Shown: piece after piece, positions 34,136 through 43,133 of the stretch | How the letters are laid out: each line of letters starts with the position of its first letter | Numbering within the stretch: position 1 is the stretch's first letter | Assembly (NCBI GenBank): GCA_900770645.1 | Contig: CAAGKY010000102.1 | Span: 1,053-65,052 of the forward strand | Direction of reading: 5' to 3' | DNA length: 64,000 nt | Source of the DNA: Bacilli bacterium | Lineage (GTDB): Bacteria > Bacillota_I > Bacilli_A > ML615J-28 > CAG-313 | Notes under the pieces: generated by a model | What the model saw: only the letters and a program-made list of their open reading frames with translations | Database searches by the model: none | Told to the model about the DNA's origin: nothing | Position numbers and translations under genes: made by a program

Positions 34136-35794
34136 ATGTCAAAAATGTTAGACTCAGTTAAAGAAATTCGTTCAGATGTTAAATCAAAACAAGTTACAAA
34201 TTTTATGGGCGGAAATTCTTATGAATTAAACGCTATTGATACTTTAAAGATGATTACAGCTTCATCTATTTTTGGAGAACCTTCATATTACCGTAATGGT
34301 GAATTTGATGATGCAAAAATTACTGATGCATATTATGATGTTAATTCTTTATTTAAAGAATTTAGTGTATTAGATGATTCTAAATTCTCTGGTAAAAAAA
34401 CTTCTGAAATTATGGAACAAGTTATTGATGAAGCATTAACAGAAGATTTTGGGGCTGTTTTAGATTGGGCAGTTGAGCTACGTAAAAACTATTTAATGAG
34501 ATTAAACCCTCAAGTTATTATGGTACGTGCAGCTATGCATCCAAATAGAGTTAAATTTAATGAAGAAAATCCAGGTAAATTTAAAGAAACAGAAAAATTA
34601 GTTATGTCTCGTGCTGATGAACCTGCTTCTCAATTAACTTATTATTTATATAAAAATAAGAATAAAAATAATTTACCAAATATTTTAAAACGTTCTTGGG
34701 CTGAAAAATTAGGTAGTTTAAATGCATATCAAGTTTCAAAATATAAAAATACAGGTTTAGGAATGATCGACGTAGTTCGTATTTCACATGCAAAATCTAA
34801 AGTTTTAGATGAACTTATGAGAACAGGAACTGTTGTTGTAGCTGAAGAAGATAAAACTTGGGAAAATCTTAAATCAGCTGGAAAAACATGGAAAGAAATT
34901 CTTGAAACTATTAAATTAGGCCATATGGCTCTTTTAAGAAATCTTCGTAATATTTTTACAGAAATTGATGATAGAGCTATTTGTATTAAAGTTCTTGAAG
35001 ATTTAAAAGCTGGTGTTTTATCTGGTAAACAATTTCCATTTAGATACTATTTAGCATATAAAGCAGTTGAAGAGTCAAGTATGAACTTTAAACCACTAGT
35101 TTTAGATGCATTAGAAGAATGTATTGATATTTCATTAGATAACATGCCAAAACTTTCTGGTAAAACTATGACATTATCTGATAACTCTGGTTCTGCTTGG
35201 GGAACAATTCCAACAGAATATGGATCAGTTAAAGTTGCAGAGATTGATAACTTATCTGCTGTTATTACAGCAATGCTTTCTGATGAAGGTTATGTTGGTG
35301 TATTTGGAGATAAATTAGAAATTATTCCAATTAAAAAACGTGATGGTGTTTTATCTCAGATGAAACTTGTTACTGAAAAAGGTAGTAGAGTAGGTAGAGG
35401 AACAGAAAATGGTATTTGGTTATTCTGGGACAAAGCTATTAGAGAAAAAGAACATTGGGATAATGTATTTATTTATTCAGATATGCAAGCAGGTCATGGT
35501 GGATTATACGGTATTGATGCACACTGGTATAACGAATATAGATGTCGTGGTAGTTATATTGATGTTATGAAGCTAGTTTCTAAATATCGTTCAACAGTAT
35601 CTGGCATAGTAAATGTATTCTCAGTTCAAACTGCTGGATATACAAATGTAGTAATTCCAGAATATGCATATAGATCTAATGTAATGTATGGCTGGACAGG
35701 TAAAGAAGTTGTATTCGCTGACACAATGATTAATTTTTGGAATGAAAAAGATTTAGAGAGATTAATCAAAATTAGAAAAAATAATCAAAATTAA
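34136..35794 (+). CDS. Ro60/TROVE-like protein with C-terminal vWA domain (Rsr-like)
   Basis: 552 aa. Large alpha N-terminal region followed by a vWA MIDAS motif LSDNSGSAWG (DxSxS) at about residue 345. Flanked on both sides by ORF-free structured RNA and a tRNA island. No TGA. Confidence 0.45.
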   Translation: MSKMLDSVKEIRSDVKSKQVTNFMGGNSYELNAIDTLKMITASSIFGEPSYYRNGEFDDAKITDAYYDVNSLFKEFSVLDDSKFSGKKTSEIMEQVIDEALTEDFGAVLDWAVELRKNYLMRLNPQVIMVRAAMHPNRVKFNEENPGKFKETEKLVMSRADEPASQLTYYLYKNKNKNNLPNILKRSWAEKLGSLNAYQVSKYKNTGLGMIDVVRISHAKSKVLDELMRTGTVVVAEEDKTWENLKSAGKTWKEILETIKLGHMALLRNLRNIFTEIDDRAICIKVLEDLKAGVLSGKQFPFRYYLAYKAVEESSMNFKPLVLDALEECIDISLDNMPKLSGKTMTLSDNSGSAWGTIPTEYGSVKVAEIDNLSAVITAMLSDEGYVGVFGDKLEIIPIKKRDGVLSQMKLVTEKGSRVGRGTENGIWLFWDKAIREKEHWDNVFIYSDMQAGHGGLYGIDAHWYNEYRCRGSYIDVMKLVSKYRSTVSGIVNVFSVQTAGYTNVVIPEYAYRSNVMYGWTGKEVVFADTMINFWNEKDLERLIKIRKNNQN

Positions 35795-35815
35795 TTAAAT
35801 TTTAGAAAAATTTAT

Positions 35816-35831
35816 TGTATAATATAATAAT
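35816..35831 (+). promoter_or_regulatory. extended -10 promoter (TTGTATAATATAAT)
   Basis: Consensus-family copy preceding the RNA island. Confidence 0.45.
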
Positions 35832-36083
35832 CGGTATGGTGCATTCGTTAAATATCATCCTAAATTAATGGGTGCACTTGGCATCAATAAGTCAACCTCC
35901 ACGTGGTGATGCTGGATAATAAAAGGAGTCATGACCTTTTAAACTAATGACTAATAGTGTATGTAAACAGACACGAAGTATACAGAGAAGTGTTCGTCAC
36001 CTTGGCTAGATTGCGCGGAGCAACTGTAAGACCGAGGTCAGGGTAAGCTCGGCCGTTAGACCCAATACACTATTTATTTATTT
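35832..36083 (+). ncRNA. candidate structured ncRNA between the Ro60-like gene and tRNA-Met, a second Y-RNA-like candidate
   Basis: ORF-free and GC-elevated. Local hairpins CGAGGTCAGGGTAAGCTCG and CCACGTGG. Promoter upstream. Confidence 0.25.
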
Positions 36084-36161
36084 GGCGGGGTAGAGCAGCT
36101 TGGTTAGCTCGGGGTCCTCATAAGTCCCAGGTCGTGTGTTCAAATCACACCCCCGCAACCA
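36084..36161 (+). tRNA. tRNA-Met(CAU), initiator-like
   Basis: GGCGGGGTAGAGCAGCTTGGTTAGCTC...CTCATAA...GTGTGTTCAAATCACACCCCCGCAACCA is near-identical to E. coli tRNA-fMet. Position 1/72 mismatch (G1-A72). Encoded CCA. Confidence 0.85.
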
Positions 36162-36164
36162 TTT

Positions 36165-36238
36165 GGGCACTCTTATTGGTATCCTTTAAGAATTAGCGCT
36201 ACTTAAATGTCGAGGTTCGATTCCTCGGGTGTCCACCA
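36165..36238 (+). tRNA. degenerate tRNA-like element (no canonical anticodon arm)
   Basis: Acceptor GGGCACT/GGTGTCC with two G-U pairs. Perfect T-arm CGAGG-TTCGATT-CCTCG. Encoded CCA. I could not fold a D-arm or anticodon stem. Confidence 0.35.
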
Positions 36239-36241
36239 TAT

Positions 36242-36317
36242 CTGAGCTGATAGCTTAACACGGTAAAGCGCCTGCCCTGACCAGGTGGGAGTTGTGGTTC
36301 GATTCCACTGGCTTAGA
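36242..36317 (+). tRNA. tRNA-like, putative Gln(CUG) with non-canonical features
   Basis: Acceptor CTGAGCT/GGCTTAG (two G-U pairs). T-loop TTCGATT. Anticodon stem GCCTG/CAGGT. Loop CCCTGAC has C at position 33. Confidence 0.4.
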
Positions 36318-36481
36318 CTGTAACTTTAAAATCCTAGTTATTTTTAAGGTCAGGAAGTAGAGTAGCCGTAATTCCTGTAGCTATATTGGTAGTGCTTTAT
36401 AACTAAAAGATAAAAGTATATTTTTAATGGGAGTCACTAACCATATTAAAAATCTATGAATAGTCAAACGGTGAATTCTTT

Positions 36482-36556
36482 GGTGCTATAGTATATCGGT
36501 TAATATCACTGGTTGTCGCCCAGTAGCGGGGGGTTCGACTCCCCCTAGCACCGCCA
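36482..36556 (+). tRNA. tRNA-Asp(GUC)
   Basis: Acceptor GGTGCTA/TAGCACC. D-stem GTAT/ATAT. Anticodon arm ACTGG-TTGTCGC-CCAGT. T-arm GGGGG-TTCGACT-CCCCC. Encoded GCCA. Confidence 0.8.
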
Positions 36557-36633
36557 TATTCAAATTTAATTTTCATCGCCAAAATATGTGCTAAATTAAA
36601 TGTAAAAATATTTAAAATATGGAGATTTAATTT

Positions 36634-37386
36634 ATGTATAAATGTGAGTGTGGAAAAGAATTTGAAAAACCTAATAGCTTTAATGCACATAAATCTAACT
36701 GTAGAGAACATTACATAGCTAAATATGGTTCTGATAAAAAGTGGCTTGAAATTAAAGAACGACGTAGTAAAAATAGTTTAAATACAAGTAAGGTTAATTT
36801 CAAACAGAAACAAGTTGAAGAATTGAACATCTGACTTTCTGAACAACATACTTGTGAAAGATGTCATAAAATAATGACTAAATGATACGGTTCTGGTAGA
36901 TTTTGTTCTCAAAGTTGTGCTAATAGCAAAGATAATTCAGGTATGAAATATACTTGTAGCTGTCAGTATTGTGAGAAACAATTTGTAAAAGATACAGCTA
37001 AGGCTCGTCATGAAAAATATTGTGAGTTAAATACAAACAGACCACCTAAAGCGGGACAACATAAATATAGATTAGATAAAAGTGTAGATTTTTATAGAAT
37101 TGGTAGTATGCATCAGATATTAGTAAATACTATCGAAGATGTTGAAAATTATTTATCTGCACATCTTACTTGTGAAATTTGTGGCAAAACGGTTGAAGAA
37201 ACGGTCAAATGAAAGTCTAAACATGCACCTAAGCGTCTATGTGTAGATCATGATCATGCAACAATGCAGTTTAGAGGTGTTTTGTGTTCTGTTTGTAATC
37301 GTCAACTCGGATGATATGAAGCAAACAGAGAAGCTATTAATAAATATTTAGAAAAAGATTTTCCTCTAGAAGATAAATCAAAATAA
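36634..37386 (+). CDS. HNH endonuclease with N-terminal C2H2-like zinc finger (homing-endonuclease-like), several in-frame TGAs
   Basis: One frame through TGAs at 36832, 36883, 37210 and 37312 to TAA at 37384. HNH motif LCVDHDHATMQFRGVLCSVCNRQLGW. GSGRFCSQSCANSK is shared with the 50751 gene. Confidence 0.65.
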
Positions 37387-37717
37387 TATAGTAGCAGCGC
37401 GGTTTAGGGACGTGCATACAAATATTAGGGATTAGGTAGTTTAACTCTGATGTAACTACCAGTAGTGCAATTCTACCTACTATATTTTAAATATATGTGG
37501 TTTTAGTTTAAATATTATAAGAAAACACCAAGCAGAATTATGGTTAGATATCCTAGGAAATGTCTTATAAAATTCCATTAAGTGTAAGTAATCTTGGAGA
37601 GAAAAGTGCAAGACTTTTAGACCACCCAAATTAAAAAATAACAATGGTATCAAGGACTCAACCTAGATTTAAATTGATATAGAGTGTGATTTGAAGTTTA
37701 ATATCAGCCATATAATT

Positions 37718-37804
37718 GCTCGGATGGCGGAATAGGTAGACGCGCAGGACTTAAACTCCTGTGGCCGAAAGGTCGTGTGGGTTCAATTCCCACTCTGAGC
37801 ACCA
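37718..37804 (+). tRNA. tRNA-Leu(UAA), type II
   Basis: Acceptor GCTCGGA/TCTGAGC. Anticodon arm CAGGA-CTTAAAC-TCCTG. Long variable arm. T-arm GTGGG-TTCAATT-CCCAC. Encoded ACCA. Confidence 0.85.
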
Positions 37805-37977
37805 ATTAAAAAGAGATTAAGTCTTTTCTTGCGTTAATAAAAGCAAGTGGTGCCCGAAGAGAGTTTCCAATGATCTTTCACTAAAACATTGGTGGTGGAA
37901 AGGACATGGATTCTGCAGCGTGTCTTTCCGGTTTACTGCAGAGTTAGATTGTTAGCTATTAATAGTTAACAATTTAC

Positions 37978-38054
37978 GGATCCTTAGCTCAGTTGGTTAG
38001 AGCTACCGGCTCATAACCGGTCGGTCCCGTGTTCGAGTCACGGAGGATCCACCA
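37978..38054 (+). tRNA. tRNA-Met(CAU), elongator or Ile2 lysidine type
   Basis: GGATCCTTAGCTCAGTTGGTTAGAGCT ACCGG-CTCATAA-CCGGT ... CCGTG-TTCGAGT-CACGG AGGATCC ACCA. Confidence 0.85.
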
Positions 38055-38124
38055 TAAAACAAAAAATATTTAAAAAATAATTAAAATTAATTAAATTTTA
38101 GAAAAATTTATCGTATATTATTAT

Positions 38125-38170
38125 AGAACGGGCCACAAAATTAGCTGCTTGAGTGTTGGCCCGTGCTCAA
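38125..38170 (+). other. H-type pseudoknot-like RNA element
   Basis: GGGCCA...GCTTGAG...TGGCCC...CTCAAGC gives interleaved complementary segments between two AT-rich promoter-like stretches. Confidence 0.3.
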
Positions 38171-38227
38171 GCCAAAAATAAAAATAATTTAAAATTTATA
38201 AAAATATTAAAAATTATACTGTTTATA

Positions 38228-38245
38228 TTGTATAATATTATGTAA
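38228..38245 (+). promoter_or_regulatory. extended -10 promoter TTGTATAATATTATGTAA
   Basis: Consensus copy upstream of the intron-containing tRNA. Confidence 0.5.
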
Positions 38246-38332
38246 CTAAGTGAGTATTTATATTTTATTAAAAAATGATTCCCTATGATTACTTATGTCA
38301 TTTCTTTCATAAGTGCTCACCTAGTTTTATAT

Positions 38333-38625
38333 AGGGGCTTCGTACAACGGCAGTACATCGGTCTTTTTGAAAAAACAGTGGCCAACCACTTATGGAGCAC
38401 CTAGTTGGAAACATCTAGTGTGAATGCTGGCTAATTCGGCGAAGGTTGGAGAACGCCGAGCTAAGTGGAAAGTAATTTCCTAAATGTGTAGAGACTATAC
38501 ACCAGCTACCTAAACAGAAATGCACGGTAAAGACATAGTCCACTAAGATTAACGTATTCTTATGTCAAGAACTAACTTCTTAGGCAAAACCGCGAATGTG
38601 GGTTCGATTCCTACAGCCCTTACCA
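38333..38625 (+). tRNA. tRNA gene interrupted by a group I intron of about 220 nt; anticodon unresolved (Lys or Leu candidates)
   Basis: 5' exon: acceptor AGGGGCT, D-arm GTAC-AACGGCA-GTAC, anticodon stem TCGGT. 3' exon: T-arm GTGGG-TTCGATT-CCTAC, acceptor AGCCCTT plus ACCA. Interior carries group I P7 elements R-like GTAGAGACTATAC and S-like AAGACATAGTCC. Confidence 0.55.
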
Positions 38626-38738
38626 TTTAAAAAATTCAAGCACGATTAATTTCGTGCTTTTCTTTTATTTTGCACTAAAATTAGCTTTATTTTTATCGTA
38701 TAATATTATATATAATGAATATAATGGAGGTTATTAAT

Positions 38739-39527
38739 ATGAAAAAAATTCTTATTACTGCAGGCCCTACTAACGAGTACATTGATGAGGTAATGAAAAT
38801 TACTAATATGTCAACTGGTCGTCTAGGTATTGAGCTATCTCGTGAACTAACTGCTCGAGGAAATGAAGTTACATTAATTTGTACAAGAAGCGTTGCTAGA
38901 AGTGGATTATATGAAAGATATAATCTTGCCAACAATGATAAATTAAAAACAATTCAAATTGAAACTACTGACCAAATGCTAATGGCGTTAGCTGATGAAA
39001 GCACAAGTGGTACAGTTTATGACTTAGTTGTTCATGCTGCAGCTGTTGGAGATTATAAAGCGGATTTCAGTTTTAGAATGGAAGATATGGCTTTAGAAAT
39101 TGCTGAATACTTACATAATAAATATGATGAAATTCCTAGTATTTGCGATTTCCATCAAGACATTTTGAAAATTATGACAAACCCTAAATGTAAAGTTAAT
39201 GATGATACTAAGATTTCGTCTTATGAGCCAAATTTAACAGTTAAATTAGGATTAACTCCAAAATTAATTTCTCATTTAAAAGAATGGTTCCCAGAAGCTA
39301 CTTTAGTTGGATTTAAATTATTAGAAAATGTTACAAAAGATCATATTATTGATGTTGCTACAAAACTATGCAATAAAAATAATATGAACTACATTATTGC
39401 TAATGATTTACATGATCTTCGTCAAGGTAAACATATTAGTTATTTAGTAGATAAAAATGGTTATTGTAATTTTGATTTTCATTCACCTGATGATATCGCA
39501 AATAAAATTATTAGCTTTGTAGAATAG
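38739..39527 (+). CDS. CoaB-like (phosphopantothenate-cysteine ligase / DFP family) protein
   Basis: GGAGG RBS before ATG at 38739. KKILITAGPTNEYIDEVMKITNMSTGRLG resembles the CoaB signature (ITAGGT.E.ID.VR.I.N.SSG..G). Confidence 0.5.
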   Translation: MKKILITAGPTNEYIDEVMKITNMSTGRLGIELSRELTARGNEVTLICTRSVARSGLYERYNLANNDKLKTIQIETTDQMLMALADESTSGTVYDLVVHAAAVGDYKADFSFRMEDMALEIAEYLHNKYDEIPSICDFHQDILKIMTNPKCKVNDDTKISSYEPNLTVKLGLTPKLISHLKEWFPEATLVGFKLLENVTKDHIIDVATKLCNKNNMNYIIANDLHDLRQGKHISYLVDKNGYCNFDFHSPDDIANKIISFVE

Positions 39528-39538
39528 GAGAAATAATT

Positions 39539-40048
39539 ATGCCTAAATATAGAGTAAAATATACATTTGAAGTAGAAGTTGAAGCTCCAAATAAAAATAT
39601 TGCAAAAATTAATGCTGATTATCATTTAGATAATGACCTTGACGAATATTATTTATGGGATTATGAAACACATACCGAAGTTGTTGAGTTAGAAGTTCCA
39701 GAAGATTTAAAAGAAGAAATAGAAACAGGTAAAGATATCGCATTGAGCTTTGAATTCAAAGATAATTATGATCCTATTACCGATGAATTTGTAGCAGATG
39801 AATTCATTAAAGATGAAAATCTTAGAAAAATGATTTGGCCGGAAGATGAAAATAAAGTTTTTCTTACTGACGATTCTGAAGTAATAGAAATAAAAGACAT
39901 AAAAACAAAAAAACCATCTGAGTTATATGCACAACGTATGCATATGAGTGGGATAAAATATACTTGTACAGATTGTCCCGATTGTGTCAAATGTAAATAT
40001 GCTTTTGATGACTATTGCACAGATGGTGATTGTTTAATGGAAAAATAA
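39539..40048 (+). CDS. acidic protein with a C-terminal Cys cluster
   Basis: GGAGAAATAATTATG. C-terminus CTDCPDCVKCKYAFDDYCTDGDC. Confidence 0.5.
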   Translation: MPKYRVKYTFEVEVEAPNKNIAKINADYHLDNDLDEYYLWDYETHTEVVELEVPEDLKEEIETGKDIALSFEFKDNYDPITDEFVADEFIKDENLRKMIWPEDENKVFLTDDSEVIEIKDIKTKKPSELYAQRMHMSGIKYTCTDCPDCVKCKYAFDDYCTDGDCLMEK

Positions 40049-40082
40049 ATTCTAAAGTCACTAAATCTTCAGAAAAAATTAT

Positions 40083-40098
40083 TGTATAATATTATGGT
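40083..40098 (+). promoter_or_regulatory. extended -10 promoter (TTGTATAATATTATGG)
   Basis: Consensus copy directly upstream of an ORF-free, GC-elevated segment. Confidence 0.5.
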
Positions 40099-40099
40099 A

Positions 40100-40510
40100 T
40101 ATATCTCCTGGCAGTGCTGGGTAAGTGGCCAATTGGATGAAACTCGCTGGTGCGACCCCAATTACGGCAAGGTATATAGGAGAAGGAAAACTCCTCAAAC
40201 CAGCCTTGACTTCGTGTTAAGGTCTTGGACAACTCGAGTGTCGAGTGGGTGTTAACAGCCCTTATAAGGAATGATTGTGGCAGGGGCCACTCCTTCGTGG
40301 ACATTCCCTATATAAAGTGTTAATTGCCCCCACGTAGGGCTCGACTAAGTATGGATAGTTACAAATCATTGCCCGCTGCTTGGTCAATTTGTGTATATAT
40401 CGAGAGGCTTGATGTATACCAACCTAGCACTAACACTATTACTTGGGTAGGGTCTATGCGACCTTCGCCTTCAAAATTATTAAATGCGCGCGGTGTTAGT
40501 GCTTCTTTGT
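40100..40510 (+). ncRNA. candidate structured ncRNA of about 400 nt (unknown family)
   Basis: Promoter-driven. GC-elevated. No credible ORF. 5' motif TCTCCTGGCAGTGCTGGGTAAG recurs at 48723. Many short GC stems. Confidence 0.4.
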
Positions 40511-40637
40511 AATAAGCATAGATAAAAAACAATATTATAGTAATGGTGAATGAAATAGTATTGGAAACCTGTAAGACTAAGTTATATTAAACTTGATAGT
40601 TTCTTTGTCTATGCTTACTAGAAAGAGAGACTAGTGT

Positions 40638-40865
40638 ATGAAGCTAACTAAAAGAACAATAAAAAAATTAGAAAAGAAATACAATAAAGAAGCTCAAAAG
40701 GAAACTAGAAAAGTAGTTGTTTGTAAAGACTGTGGAAACTTATTTCCTATTGAGGAGACTTATATTGAATTTGATCTACAAACAAGTGAAAAAGAATTTC
40801 AATGTCAATATTGTAATGATAAAGAGCCTAAGGGCACATTAGAAGATTTACTAAACGCGGTATAA
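40638..40865 (+). CDS. small zinc-ribbon protein
   Basis: CKDCGN...CQYCND motif. Confidence 0.5.
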   Translation: MKLTKRTIKKLEKKYNKEAQKETRKVVVCKDCGNLFPIEETYIEFDLQTSEKEFQCQYCNDKEPKGTLEDLLNAV

Positions 40866-41433
40866 TTATGATAAAATGTAAAGTTTTTACTTCGACAGAT
40901 AGTAATTGGATTAACCAATTAATTGAAGAATACTATAAACAATATGAAGTTATAGATATTAAATTTTCTACAACTGATGCTGCTGGCAACGCTTTTGATA
41001 GAAGAGATGTAAAATATAGTATTATGATTATTTATAAGTAAGGGAGAAATAATAATGCCAAAATTTTATGTAAGTTTTGATTTAGGAATGGAAATCTACG
41101 CTGATAATGAAGACGAAGCTAGAGAGTTTTTTATATCTGAAATAGAATCTCGTATTTATGGTTTTAGTGAAGACAACATTGATGTAGAAAAACTAGAAGA
41201 GGTTGATGGTAATGAAGAAGAATAAAGATATTAAATCATTAAATACTTTATTTGTAACATCATTTCTTATTTTTGTTTCAAGTTTTATTGTTGTTATAAT
41301 TCTTTATGTCATCAAAATAGTTATTATGCTATATGTTTTGTAGGAACATTTTCCTCATTAGTGCTTTGTACTTCTGTATTAAATGAGTGTAAAGAAATAG
41401 AAGACGATAAAAAATAGTATCGCAGAAGATAGA

Positions 41434-41730
41434 ATGGAAGAAATAATTATGATAGAAGCTAAAGATGCAATTTTTGTAGACTTAGATATAATTGAAAAAG
41501 TATTAGAAGTTATTGATTATATTGATTATGAAAAACTTAAAAGAGTATTTATAGTTTTAGTTCAAAATATATTTAGTAATGAAGATTTTTCAATTGAGGA
41601 AAAAGTTAAGGAGAGATTATTAAAAATCGAACCAAAAATTTATAGATATCTTGAAACATTAGAAGATTCAGATAAAAAGATTGGTTATTTTGACGCAATA
41701 TTTGAATTGATTGCAGAAACATTAGCATAG
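41434..41730 (+). CDS. hypothetical protein
   Basis: ORF with RBS. Confidence 0.45.
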   Translation: MEEIIMIEAKDAIFVDLDIIEKVLEVIDYIDYEKLKRVFIVLVQNIFSNEDFSIEEKVKERLLKIEPKIYRYLETLEDSDKKIGYFDAIFELIAETLA

Positions 41731-41740
41731 GAGAATAATT

Positions 41741-42379
41741 ATGACTAAAAAATACAATTATATAGATGACTTTGATAAACGATATATAACAACATATACT
41801 TTAAAAGATGGAGAAAAGTATATGGAAACTTCTTATAATTATCCAGATTTAGCTAATTATATTTGTCCACACTGTGGCACATATCCTATGAAATATCATA
41901 AAGTAGATTTAGGGGAGTGGGATGGTTGGAGAACAGAATTCGGTTGTATAGCTTGTATGTCAAGATATGAAGAGGGTGATAAGAGTTTAAAGCCTGCACC
42001 TATCAAAGATTTTGATGATATTGTTGAAGTTGTTAACACAAAAGTTGTCGAACCTAAATCTCGCAATGTTAAATATACAGATGAATTTTTAAAAAAAGCT
42101 AAAGACTCAATCAATAAATGTATAGCTACTAATCGAGATATCCAAACCTCAAGATTTAGTGATATTCCAAATATTAAAGAGTGTCTTACTATACCAACAA
42201 CTCCGATAACTGATGCTAGTTTTACAATTGTAGAACCTAGTGATGAAATATATTTAGGTAATAAATGTATTATTTGTGGCAGTCATAATTGTGAAATTGA
42301 TAGCATGATTTGTAAAGATTGTAAAGATGCTGTTGCATTTGCTAAACGTTTACGAAATGAGGAAAATAAATATGAATAA
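41741..42379 (+). CDS. hypothetical zinc-finger protein
   Basis: CPHCG...CIAC and CIICGSHNCEIDSMICKDCKD clusters. Confidence 0.5.
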   Translation: MTKKYNYIDDFDKRYITTYTLKDGEKYMETSYNYPDLANYICPHCGTYPMKYHKVDLGEWDGWRTEFGCIACMSRYEEGDKSLKPAPIKDFDDIVEVVNTKVVEPKSRNVKYTDEFLKKAKDSINKCIATNRDIQTSRFSDIPNIKECLTIPTTPITDASFTIVEPSDEIYLGNKCIICGSHNCEIDSMICKDCKDAVAFAKRLRNEENKYE

Positions 42380-42417
42380 AAAATTAGTATATCAAATAGA
42401 AATAACTCTACAAACAG

Positions 42418-42798
42418 ATGGAGATTTTAGTTTTAGGAAAGAATTATTACCTTCTGATTTTTTTTGATAATGATTGTAGAGAAATTATTGAATTTACTGA
42501 AGATACTTTTAAATGTAATATTTATGAAAAAGATATGTCAGCTGATGGTTGGAAGCCGGGTATGTGGAGTAAGTGTGTTGCTCGTAATACCTTTCAAGGT
42601 TATATTTCAGCAATTCACGTAAGCTGGACTCATTTATATATTTGGCCCTCTCTTTTAGAGTGTGAAGAAGAGATAACTCTTCATATTTTTGAAGATGAGT
42701 GGAATTCGTCCAATGAATTTTATAGAACTATTGGTGGAAATTATGATGGTACAGAATTTTATATAAGAAAAATTGATAGAAGTGAGGATAACAAATAA
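42418..42798 (+). CDS. hypothetical protein
   Basis: ORF from the track. Confidence 0.4.
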   Translation: MEILVLGKNYYLLIFFDNDCREIIEFTEDTFKCNIYEKDMSADGWKPGMWSKCVARNTFQGYISAIHVSWTHLYIWPSLLECEEEITLHIFEDEWNSSNEFYRTIGGNYDGTEFYIRKIDRSEDNK

Positions 42799-43130
42799 TG
42801 AAAAAGAAAATTAAATTTTATTTTGCTAGATTATTTTTTGATGGAATGTTTTTTGCATTAATCTTAGTAAATACCACAGATATTTTTGTTAACAAAAAAG
42901 GTTGGTTTAGTTGTGTTAGTGCGATCTTATTAACACTATTTTGGATTGGTATTATTTATGTAGATTTCCGTAATGCTATTAAAATAGTAAATGAAGCAGA
43001 TAAAGTAGAGCCTGAAGACACTTCTATTTTAGGTGCTCAATTATATGGAAAGGCTAAGCTTGAAAAGAAAAAACAAGATGATGATTTAGATATCAAGATG
43101 TTACATGATCTAGAAAAGAAAAAGAGGTAA
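42798..43130 (+). CDS. small membrane protein
   Basis: Two hydrophobic segments and a charged C-terminus. Confidence 0.5.
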   Translation: MKKKIKFYFARLFFDGMFFALILVNTTDIFVNKKGWFSCVSAILLTLFWIGIIYVDFRNAIKIVNEADKVEPEDTSILGAQLYGKAKLEKKKQDDDLDIKMLHDLEKKKR

Positions 43131-43133
43131 CTT

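Noticed and set aside
36454-36711. Minus-strand ORF 36454..36711
   Set aside because: Overlaps the tRNA-Asp gene and the start of the HNH gene. No RBS.
38333-38625. tmRNA interpretation of the 293-nt element with a tRNA-like 3' end
   Set aside because: No plausible tag-peptide reading frame ending in a hydrophobic C-terminus. No G3-U70. The interior carries group I P7 R/S-like elements and a D-arm. A split tRNA with intron fits better.
40092-40512. Track ORFs 40092..40304 (-) and 40324..40512 (+) inside the GC-elevated segment
   Set aside because: No RBS, atypical composition versus genome codon usage, and the region is promoter-driven and hairpin-rich. Interpreted as ncRNA instead.
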